A DNA stretch of 64,000 bases from Acanthaster planci (lineage: Eukaryota). Of this stretch, positions 38,674 through 50,600 are shown in pieces. The stretch spans positions 3,194,713 through 3,258,712 of the forward strand of contig NW_019091356.1 in the NCBI RefSeq assembly GCF_001949145.1, in the 5' to 3' direction. How positions within the stretch are numbered: the first letter of the stretch is position 1; each line of letters opens with the position of its first letter. The translations under genes were made by a program, and so were the position numbers. The notes under the pieces are model-generated. The model had not been told where the DNA came from and searched no databases. It was given only the letters and a program-made list of their open reading frames with translations.

Positions 38674-41600
38674 GTGAGTTTTGTCTGGACGGCTCTTGTT
38701 GATTGAATTGAAACGGGCATTGATTCAGGGGAATTAGGTTATCCCCGGTCCCCGGCCTGGCCGGTTAGTTTTACTGTACACGAAGTGCGATGAATTGGTT
38801 ACATTTGTAATGTACATGTATTCATTGACGGCGCATTTATTTAAGGAATGAACAGAAGACGGTCGGTATTCCTGATTAAAGTGAAGTGAAGTGTATCAGT
38901 CTGATAGAATTACCAGGGGTTTGAACAAACAGAGGTTTGTCCAATATTGTGGTGATTGAGGATGGGCTGGTATTAAATAAAACCGTCGGGGTTAGAAGTT
39001 TCTGTCGTTGAGACTTTAGCCGCCACTCTTTTTATGTCAGATTTGTCACATGAAATGTGGTCCCAAATTGTAGTTAATGATAGTACATGCCTCTGTTTCA
39101 TGAATAAGCAGGTCAGAAATGAATAATTCCAGAAATTAGGGGTCCAAAAGTGCGACATTTTCATGACCCTGTTACATCTGACCTTTGTTATTTGACATGG
39201 AAATATCACCGGAATTGATGTCAAAATCAAACTATTACTATTTGTTCGGCAAGTCATTTGCATTAATTCATCACTCTTGGAAATTAGAAAATGTGTTCTA
39301 CCTTACAAAATCATATGTCAGATGTGACAGGAACATGGAAAAAAATTGACCCCTAATTTCTGGAATTACCCAAATTATACGTTACATGTAATCGATTTCA
39401 GTGGCGTTGTAAAAAGACATCTGTTCACTTTTCCCTTGACTCAACTCTCTAAGCTGAAAAAGCTGATACTTAGTCATGAATAACAAAATGTGCACCAGTG
39501 AGAAACAAATGAAGCAGTCTGTTGTAAGTGCATGTTGAGTGCTTTGCCAAAAGCTGGCATTTCCCTCTACATGTAAGGCAATTCACCATCACGGCTAATG
39601 TCTGAATCACAAAATATCCAATTTAGATTCAGCCTAAGTACCTTGATCTTGCAACAAAATAACGTCATAATACCCAATTTGTCATTTTTTTTGTTTTACC
39701 TAATGACACTGCAGTAGCTGTTATGACTTGATTTATTGTCTTAATAGCTCTCCTGATTTACGTGTAGAAGTTAAAAGGTTGGTAGTCCTTGTTTTGCCCT
39801 TTTGAATTCCAATTTTCTTTGGAATATTCAATTTGCATGATGATGTACGGGAAATGTGGTTTGTGTATTACATGTAAATTAGAATGGGCTGGAAACATTA
39901 GTCCATGGAGCTGTAAAACAATAGACGGTAGGCTTTGTATACATTTGCGTTTCATTAAAGTGGACGTCAACTTCCTGATTGCAATTACATGCAGCAGTTG
40001 GCAACGCTCGCATGTTCATAAGTAATTAATTTCTCTGTGATGGGTTGTGAAAGCTGGAAAGACGTTTCAGGAAAGCAGAAGTCACTGTAACATCTTGGTT
40101 GCCACGGGGTGGTACCCGCATCTCAGACATATTTTCTAGTGAATGCCGTTTTGAATTGTAAATGTTAACCAAGGGATGACTAATCTGCTTCGTTGGCTGA
40201 ATACTCACGCTGCGCGCCTCAGCTGTACACTCATGCACCTTGACCATGTCCAGAAAGAAAGAACTGAAATTGTACAGTGTGTCTTGCCCTTCAACTGTTT
40301 TCCCAACTATCTGATGCAATCCAAGCAGAAAGGCCAGAGCCAAGAAAGACAGAAGAAAAATGAAATAAGTTTTCGATTAATTCTTGTCAGATTACCACCA
40401 GAGAAGTTAACACTTTGTTGAACAGTACACTTAGAAAGGACGTTTTGTTCTGTGATCAAGTATTGTCTAATATTTGAGACATTGATAAGAAATAGCAGAA
40501 TTTTGCTTTCATACAGACGTACATTGGTTCCATCTTGGCCGCGCTCAATCCCTACAAAGCCCTCCCATCTTACTACGACAAGGATGTCATGTTGGCCTAC
40601 GACAAGCGTCACATCGGTGAGTTGCCGCCCCACATCTACGCCATTGCCAACGATTGCTACTACTCCATGTGGAAGCGGAACGACAACCAGTGCGTGCTGA
40701 TCAGGTTAGGGGAATAGTTAGGATCTGTCCGTATTCCTAACCAGCGACACCAGTTGTTGAAGATTTGCGAAGTCCTAAAGTTTTTACTGATTCTTCAGAA
40801 CTAAAGGATGGAATGGCCAGTGTTCGGTTCATGGTTGAGTTCTCGTTAATCAAGAAACCTCATTGGCAAAAAATAAAGAGTTGACACAACATGTCCATTA
40901 CATGTCCATTACATGCTTCGTACACATTCTAGATCCTCACAGGTACAGGTTTTTAATGCAGAATGGATGACCACCGTAGCCTGTCTTCAGAGCATCAGTT
41001 TCAAAATTGAAAATTGGAATGCAGCACTTAACAGGTTTCTCTATCATCCTAAACCTCCTTGTCTCCCCTTTTGCATGATGGGTAACCGGTTTGGACATGT
41101 CAGCCGAGTGGCTTCGAGCAGTCCCCCTTTTTTTAAGGTTTTTAAGATAACTGTGTCCTTGGCTAATGGCTTTTAGTCTACCAAACTAAAACAAAATTGA
41201 TAGTCCGTTCTTATTCATGCTGTCTTGTGCTGGGCAAGGAAGTGAAATGCAGAACCGTAAAGTACGTGGGTTGCTATCATAGTTCATATAATGAGGGTTG
41301 TAGATCCACCCAAGCCTATTGAATATCCTACCGGCACATGCATATTTCTGCTGTATGACTTCATTGGATGGCGGGCTGTAGAAGAATAAGAAGCAGCTTT
41401 ATTACAGATGTAGATTACCTTGGTGGTAGCTGACGCATGACGAAGGGGGACTGCAGTTTGGAGTCTTGTGCCGGGGAGGGGGGGGGAGGCACGTCTGTGA
41501 TGAATGGCGATCACCTGCGCTGCAATTGGTCTGATTGTCTCCTGGAATAAGCCAGGTTCGGATCCAGGGGCCCTGAAAGAGAATGCCCAAGAAAATTCGG

Positions 41601-44600
41601 AGGTACCGGGAATGGGAAATGGGAAGGGGGCGGGGTTTGTTGAGTTGCATGTGCTTACGTGTGTAGGTTATGCTCCCCAACCTCTTGTAAGGCTGGCTGC
41701 TCTGGTTTTTTGCTTCGTCCGCGGCATCCTGTTTGATTTATGTAACAAAATCTAAACCCCAAGAAACTTAGTTACTCATCGACTTCATTTGAGACCCCCC
41801 CCCCTTTTTTTTTTTTTTCCCCCGGCAGTGGGGAGAGTGGAGCCGGGAAGACAGAGAGCACCAAGTTCATCCTGAAGTTTCTGTCGGAGATGAGCCAGGC
41901 CTCGTCCCAGGCTGGCGTCCCCCAGGCCCTGACTGGTTCCAAGCTGAGAGTGGAGGAGGCCATCTTGCAGAGCAGGTGAGGGGGGCAGGACACTTGTGGC
42001 AGTCTCAGGGATTCGCTTAGCAGCAGAGTAGCAGCTTAGCTGTTAAACAGAAGAATACTCCTCAGAAGTACATGCCAACCATACGGATAATATCAGCAAC
42101 TCATGTGTACATCTTACCCTTGGATCAGCCGATTTCCTGGTGTTTTTTTTTAAACCTTCGATGCTGTTATTAGTTGAAAAGAAGACTCTCATGCAGCCTG
42201 GAATTTCCTTGTTTTCCCCTCCCCTGATTGCCCCGATTTGCATGCTATAAACAGGAAATGGGTTATTAATAGTATACATTACATTGAATTATGGGTGGTT
42301 ATATTTCTCCTCTTAACCATAGTTCCCATGCCTTGCAAGGTTGTATCTTAACGTTCTCTGAAATGTGACCATGGTTTATAATTATTAAACCCTAACTGCC
42401 TTGATCTATCAAAACCGGACACCCAGTCCTGCTGTACACCCAGTATTTTGCAGACATGCCGATTTCCTTGTCTTTCACTGTACACTCATGCCGTTTAAAA
42501 TTGAAAAAGCACTGTCTTGTCACGATTGGAATCTCCTCGTTTTGGGAGTAAAAATTCCAAGTTGTATGTCTGATTTTGATGTAGCAGGAATTGCACAGCG
42601 TGGCAATCTATAATCTTCTTGTGTTGTCAGTACAGTAAAAGCCACTGGCTACTGCGCAGAAGTGTTATTCAAAAAAACTCCCAGTGAGCATGGCGATAAA
42701 ATTCCAGAAATGGACTTCATGCACCACACTTTCAAGTTACGTCGAGCAGAGTCGTGTCTTAATACTAGTAAATACCGATAAGTGTGTAAATAACCAATCT
42801 TGGATTGCAGGATGTGCTTTCTTTCTTGTCTTGCAGTCCTATCATGGAGGCATTTGGTAACGCCAAAACCATCTACAACAATAACTCGAGTCGCTTTGGC
42901 AAGTTTATCCAGCTCCAGTTTTCCAATGAGGGCAGCATTCTGGGAGGAACGATCCAAGACTGTATCCTTTATTGTTCACAAGAGTATTTGGGAAGTAGCC
43001 TCCCGGGCCACCCCTTAAACTGCTTTTTCTACCCCAAACCTCTAAAGATAAGGAAAAACTAATCAGTGAAACACCCGGTTTTTTTTTTTCAGTTGATTGC
43101 CTGCAAAAAAAGAATTTAGGCACACCTACAACTTGTGAAGAACTTATTCAGGCGGAGAAATGCCAGCAATGTCTAAAATTTAACAGACGCTTTACACTAA
43201 CTGACATGGTTGTGTACATCTCTAACCAGCATATTGACTGATGGAATTGCCAGAATGTCGAATCTTCCAACAATGTCTGATTACGCTGTCTGTTCATAGT
43301 ATCCCATTGACGGCACACTCTCTTTTTCACTGTTATATTTAGCTGATCTTCCTTGACAGAAGTGCCTGTCATCTCCAGATCTTCTAGAAAAGGTAAGCCA
43401 AGCTTGCTCAAGACTTGTAAATATGAACCATTCAAAACGTCACTGTGGATTTTTTTTTACGCTGACGGGTCTTTTAAAAAATAAAGCCTTGTTCACTAAA
43501 TGTTACGAGGGAAGATAAAGAAAGCAAATTGGATTGCGAGGATATGTACCCTACCTTGTATTTTTCTCTAAGTACACAGATGTGTGACTGTTTGAGACAC
43601 TGCAATTATGATGAGATCATTGGCCTGCCAATTTTTGCAAAATGTAACTAATCCTGTTCTAGTCATGAAAACAAAGTTGTCCTCGGGTATTCTGAAGCAT
43701 GTTGGGAGATTGGTATGTCAGCTTAGATTGGTTATTGCAGTGCATATTATTAAATCACACCCGGACTGTTTATCTCATTTGTAGAATCGTGTTGTGGGCC
43801 AGAATCCTCAGGAGCGTAATTACCACATCTTCTATTGCTTACTGGCCGGCACATCGCCAGAACAGAAGAGTGAGTACCAGAGAAATAATAAACAGAATCT
43901 AAGGCTGCATCCGAATCTGTTGTCTAGAGCTAGGTCTAGGTCTTCGCTCCATTGGAAATGCGTGGAGACGCGTAGACAATAGACCTGGCAGTAGCTCTGG
44001 AAGCCCGTTTCGGACACAGCCCGAGGCTGCATCCAAATCTGTTGACTTGAGCTAGGTCTAGGTCTTCGCTCCATTGGAAATGCGTGGAGACGCATAGACA
44101 ATAGACCTAGCCGTAGCTCTGGAAGCCCGTTTCGGACACGGCCTAAGGTAGAATGACATGTAAACGGTATTTGTATTCATGCACTTTTAGGCAAGCATGT
44201 TTCAGATGGTTGAAGTGCTCAGAATTTTGACCTAAGATGACGTTGATTTTTTTTTTTTCATTCCATTTACAGAGAAACTCTTTCTACGAGACCCAACTTC
44301 CTATTCTTATCTCAACAAAAGTGGATGCATCTCTGACCCGACCATCAATGATGCAGAAAATTTTCAGGCTGTCTTGGTAAGACTTCTCACGTAGTGTTAA
44401 ACTTTGTTCATTTTGGGTGAGCACACCTCATGTAGGCAATATTTTTTTTTTACTGAGCCAAAATCAGCCTGGAGTCTGTCATGAGCAATAGATATCAGGG
44501 CCCAATTTCATAATGCTGCTTACCACAGAATTCCACACTTACGATCTCCAGTCTGCGCTAACCCGTTAAGCTCAAAATCCATAGTTACGGGATGTACGCA

Positions 44601-47600
44601 TGAGCACAAGCCAAAATTCCTCGCTAATCCGTGAAATGCGTTCGTCGTAAGCGCAGAATTTTCTGCTATGGTAAGCGCCAACTTTTCGCTTGCGGTAAGC
44701 AGTGCCGTGAAATTGGGCCCAGATGGCTGGCTCGTAACATGCCCTTAAAAAGCAACACCTTCCTGGTACTGAAGCCACATCCAGATTTCTTGGCTGTTGC
44801 TAGAAATCACACTTGCACCTGTGGGAGCCTCTGTCTAGCTAATTCCCATTGACGTGTTTCACTATTAGCCACAGACAGTCGAATTAGACCCTGTCTGAGC
44901 AGCGCAGCCAGATCATGTGGCTTGAGGGAACATTTGTGTAATCACTAAATGAGTATCAAATGACCACTTGTCTGTCGCAGGAGGCTTTCAGTGTAATGAG
45001 GATCAACAGTGAGCAGATCAACGACATCTTGTCTCTCCTGTCAGCCATCTTGACTCTAGGCAATGTCCAGTTCATCACGGCTGGCGGGGCTCAGGTCAAA
45101 GACATGCAACGTGAGTAAAGTGGAAACCAAAAACCCAACGACAGTGATCAGTTATACTGAAGGTATTAGTTTTTGCTATGGGTCATTTAATCCTAAATTG
45201 GGTCACCCGGCATGGTGCCTTGACAGCTGTGGAAGGTATGACTCCGCTCCAACTGTACAAAATGGTTTGATTTGTCATTCTCAAGACGCGTTCTTTGTTC
45301 ATGCAGCAATTCAGATTGTGTCTGCGTTGCTCAATGTCGATGAGTACCAGCTGTGTGATGCTCTGACCCAGAAGACGCGGCTGCTACGAGGGGAGTTGAT
45401 CAGCACGCCACTGGATGTTGATCAGGTAGGATCCTCAGAAGTGTATTTAAAGTTCATATGTGCTGATGTGCAGTAAATTGAAGAGTACATATGAGGTGGA
45501 GGTGCACTTCTAATGCTTTGTTGATGAGCCCGAGGTACCTCTCGTGGTGTCCACAAGGCCCTCGTTTGGACATCTGGTACATTTATCTCCATTAAGATTT
45601 CTATTCACCTGTTTTCACTCCTGGAGATCTGATTCAAACAATTGCAATGGACCCAAGCTGGGCATAAGGTCGGGAAGGTGTCAACCCCTCCACTTAATGT
45701 TTGCTGAGGTGCCCTTGAGGCTCCTGGGCACAGCTGTTCTGTCATTACTGACACTGTTCCATCCTCTTTCACAGGCCGTAAACTCAGTGGATTCTCTGGC
45801 AATGAACCTCTATGGCCGCTGCTTCAAGTGGATCATCCATCGCATCAACCGCTGCATCAAGGGCAAGGAGTTTTTCCACTCAGTTGGCGTCCTGGACATC
45901 TTTGGATTTGAAAACTTTGAGGTGAGACTCATGGTCAAAAGTAGATTTTTCTTTTTGAAACTTAGATATGTTAACCATATGTTGCCGGGTCTAAATTGAA
46001 GTTGCAGGACGACTTCCTGGGGGATTTTCAAGATCTTCCATTTTTAAAATTCTTCAAAATTCATAACTTCATTTGCTGGACGTCTACACCTACACGTCTA
46101 TCTGGTGGCTACTCTAATCTGACAGGCAACATCTATTGATGCCCGAGTATTTCAGCCAAGCCCTGCCGCCTTGTAAAGAGAGCCCAGATTGTGTGGTGTT
46201 GCGTAATTTTGTTTTGTTCCTGAAACTGGCCCGGTGTGCTGCTGGCGTCTTTTCAAATGCAGGTCAGATTAGCATGCAGCGGTATTGTATCGTTCGTCAC
46301 TGGAGCACTTTTGTCTCCAGTCGTTATCCGCTCGCACTGAATGCCACAAAGAGTGGTATACTGTTTCAAACAATGACGGATTACCTCCGCTATCGACAAC
46401 TGAATACAGTTGGCGATTCCCCAGCAGCCCGGTCTTCTGTTCCTAGTACAGTCTATTCTTACAAGGCCCAGTTCCTTTGTCCGATTTTGGGCATCCTGGC
46501 CTTACGTACAAACCTAAGCTCTCCAGTACCGGGCACCCTGGCCTTACGTACAAACCTAAGCTCTCCAGTACCGGGCACCGCGGTGCGAAGTGGTTAATAC
46601 TTACCAGTCCTCTTCTTCCGTGCTTTTTTTCTGGCTATAAAAGAAAATAAATAAATTGTGGGTGTTAGGTTTTTGGTGTACATTTTTGATGGCCCGGCAG
46701 GTCAATCGTTTTGAGCAGTTCAACATCAACTTTGCCAACGAGAAGCTCCAGGAGTACTTCAACAAGCACATCTTCTCGCTGGAGCAGCACGAGTACAACG
46801 CGGAAGGGCTGGAGTGGGTGGACATCGACTGGCAGGACAACGGCGAGTGCTTGGACCTGGTGGAGAGGGTAGGTTTATGCACTACCGAGTGCATAGAAAA
46901 TCCAAGGGGGCTGGTATTTGCTGATTGTAGCAGGGCCGTGATTGGCTGAATGCGCTCACAGTCAACACATTTGTCTGGCATGTTAACTAAAAAACATATG
47001 TATAGCTCTCATCGGTAGACCAAAGAGCACTCTCTACAATTTGGCACAGAGCCAACAACATATAAGTGGAACACATAGACTTTTTTTTTTTTCTAAAGCT
47101 TTGTTTTGCACTTTATTGCTGCTTGGTCCTGTGGAATACAACATTTTATCTTCTAAGAAGGATATGTACTGAATTTATAGATTTTTTCTCACTGTTTCTA
47201 CCTAGAAACTTGGTATCCTGGCTCTCATCAATGAGGAAAGCAGATTTCCGAAGGGCACCGATGAGACCATGTTGGAAAAACTCCACAGTAATCATGCTGT
47301 ACGTATAACCTATACATTTATTGTCTCTGCCTCCAAACTGAACGCTCTTCAGTGGCATGGATGCCTTCGTCGAATTTTTAACAATTTGTCAATTTTGCCC
47401 CAGGGTATTGTTTTAAATATGCTTTGGTTCTCCTTTCCCGACAGAAAAATGCTTTTTACATCAAGCCCAAGGTTGCAGACAGCAATTTTGGGATCCGCCA
47501 CTATGCGGGCGAGGTCTTCTACCACACCAAAGGGTTCCTGGAGAAGAATCGAGACACGTTCAGGGATGACATCCTGACGGTACTCAAGGAGAGCAGGTGT

Positions 47601-50600
47601 GTTGTGGGCTATGTGACTTTCCATCCAACTCTGACACCGGTGCAAATCCCTCGCAGTGTGATTCACATCCCAATCTCTGTGTCATTTATACTTGTGGCTT
47701 TACCCTTTTCCCTAGTCTGGATATTTGATATGCTTACCGGGAAGGAAGGACTGCTGAGTTTGGTTTGCGGTTGTAAAAATTTCATGTTTCTGCCGCAGGA
47801 AACTGCCACATCTAGGTCAGGGACCTTTACTGATGAAACAGGTACCTGGGGTCAGATGCAAAACCAGCAAGGCCTTGGATTAGGTTTGGAGTTCAGACCT
47901 TGAATCAGACAGCATGGAATTCTTATTGCAAATCTCCACAGAGTTGTATCTTTTGATCTTACATTTTCCGTGATAGGTCGGACTTCATCTATGATCTGTT
48001 TGAGACAATGCTGCAGTCCAAGAACCTTGGCGATGACAAGATGATGCGTAAGAAGCCCACGGTCAGCTCGCAGTTCCAGGTAAGCTGGATTCGGGCAGCT
48101 GGATAAAGCCACCGATCTGACGTCCAGAACAAAATTGGGAGTTAAGCCTTTATCTGATTGACTTGACTTACACTTGTGCATCTGAAAGCCTGTGGCTAGC
48201 AGCTTCATAGATGTCCCATAGACACATGCGTTATATCAAGCCGCAGCCACATAATTTGGATGGGGTCAAAGAATGGTCTCCTCTACGTACACCAACATTT
48301 GCAGTGTTGTAGTTGAGACCATCGTAGTACTTTTCACAAGACAGGAGACTAGACCAGACACAAGACAGGTTGCAAGGCACAGGGTGAACAGTGACCAATG
48401 CATGCATTCGTTACAGTTTATGTAAATAGCCTGTGGCTTGAATTCAGACTTAGAAGCTTTGTGTTGGTCTTGTGGTGGTCTCACGATGGTCATGAAAGGT
48501 TTTGACTACAACGTTGAAAATTTGAGCAAAGAGCGCCCTCGTGGTTGGGAATGAGGGCAGTTGAGCATTTGTAGTCATTGACTTCATACTGTTGTTATTT
48601 CAGGAATCTCTACATGCTCTGATGTCCTCACTGAACGCCTGCAACCCGTACTTTGTTCGTTGCGTAAAACCTAATCCGTACAAGGTAAGGTTATCATTTA
48701 AAAGTAGGTTTCTGTATGGGCTTTGAAGATGTCACGGAAAGGTCTCCAGACTCAGATTTCAAATTTTTGGGGGAGGGGAATGTTGATGGGTTGAAAGAGT
48801 GGATAAATAAAGAAAACGGTGGATTTTTATGCTTATAATATTTTTTTTTAATGATGGAAGTTTTTAACCTGTTGTCTTTTAAATTTTTCATTTTTCCCCG
48901 ATTACTTTTGGCAACTTAATTTAGAAGTCTGTGGAAAAGGTATGGAAAATGAAACACATAGCAGATTTCCAGTTTTAGTTAACGTGAACCTGATTCAACA
49001 GTCTGTGGGAATAACATGTGGAAAAGTGACTTGCTCATGGAAAGCAATATGTCATGTATATGAGCAGTGTGGATAACTAACTGGCTGTGCAGGACAGCCA
49101 GGGGAAGCAAAGGTCTTGTTTGATCTCCTGTTTCTTTCAATTTTTCGTATCTCCCTCCTCTAGGCGGCAGCCCAGTTTGATGCCCAGCTTGTGGTCAACC
49201 AGCTGCGCTACTCTGGCATGTTGGAGACGGTCAAGATCCGCAAGGCGGGCTTCCCCGTCCGCCGCCCCTTCCCGGACTTCGTGGTCCGCTACCGGGCCCT
49301 GGTCTACCGGGAGGACCAGTCCCAGCCACCTGGCCGGCTCTGCGAGCAGCTCCTGGCCCGGCTGGACGACCGCAAGCAGCTCTGGCAGATGGGCAAGACC
49401 AAGGTGTTCCTGAAGGAGAGCCTGGAGACCAGGCTGGAGAAGGACCTGAAGCAGGAGCTGGGCGTGCTGGCCAGCAAGATCAAAGCGCACATCAAGGGCT
49501 ATCTGGCCAGGTTGGTGTCAAGCTTGGGGGGAGAGGGGCGGGAGCTGTCCTATGCTTGGTGTAAATATGAACCCTCCTGATCAAAGTGTACGTGTATATC
49601 GAGGGATATCTCACTGGGTCAGCCGAGACCAGTTTCGTAGAGGTTGCTGAGTGTAGAAACTGGCTAAGGAAAGAACACTTTTGTTTTGCAATATTGAGTT
49701 GCTAGCCAAAAAGTCATAGTGTGCATATTTGTTGTGAGTGGCGATCTGCTAAAATCTCGCATACATTTGTCGAGAAAGATTTTTTCCAAGCCAATTCGGG
49801 AGAGGGAAGGGGATCCTAAGACAGAATTACGGCACTTTGCATTCTTGTAACGCGCTTGAAATTCCCTGTCAGTTTGGGGCTTCTCACTGTTTAACATTTC
49901 TGGAGTGTTTAAAGTGGCATAGAATGACTTTATGGATGTTGGTTTTTTGGGGGCTTTGACAGGAAGCGATTCAAGAAGATCCTGGCACAGGTGGTCATCG
50001 TAGAGAAGACAATGCGGGTAAGTTGTAGATCTCGCCATATGAACAGTCTGTGAAAGGATTTAGCTTCAACTACGTTCATGACGGCAAATCTGCTCTGCCG
50101 ATCCTTTCCCTAGATGCAACACTGCCGCAGGAGGTACCTCAAGGTGCGCAGTGCAGTCATAGTCTTCCAGAAGTATGAACGTGCCCGCGTGGCACGCAAG
50201 ATCCTGGAACACCTGAAGGAGGAGAAACGGAAGGAGGAAGAGCGACTGAGGGAAGAGCAGCGCCAGAGGGAGGAACAGGAGAGAAGGTAAGAGCCCCGAG
50301 CTAGAGGCAGCCAGGGTTCAGTGTTCCGTTCGGTTTGTTTTTTTCTCGTTTGAGCAAGTTATTCAAAGCTTTGCTGTTTTCTCGGCATTTCGTCGTCTTT
50401 CTTGCTGAGGACATGATCCAACCCAGCTTGGAAAAAAGACTTTAATATTGTTTGTTCAAGCGTAAGGTTTGTCTTTGTCACAGAGAGTTAGAGAGACTGA
50501 AAGCTGAAGAGAAGATGCGAGAGCTAGAAGAACTGAAACGGAAGGTAAGAGATCATTTTGTTGTGGCCTTCCTATAGTCTTAGAGTTAAAATTGAGATAG

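Noticed and set aside
45775..45800. Val instead of the usual Arg in the motor RD[AS]L motif (NSVDSLAM) as a sign of an inactive motor
   Set aside because: P-loop, switch I, switch II and the acidic TEDS position (RGE) are intact, and this position varies among myosin classes.
46489..46579. 42-bp direct repeats (and the 43903 dimer) as a CRISPR-like array
   Set aside because: They are contiguous tandem duplications without unique spacers, in a eukaryotic intron with no cas genes.
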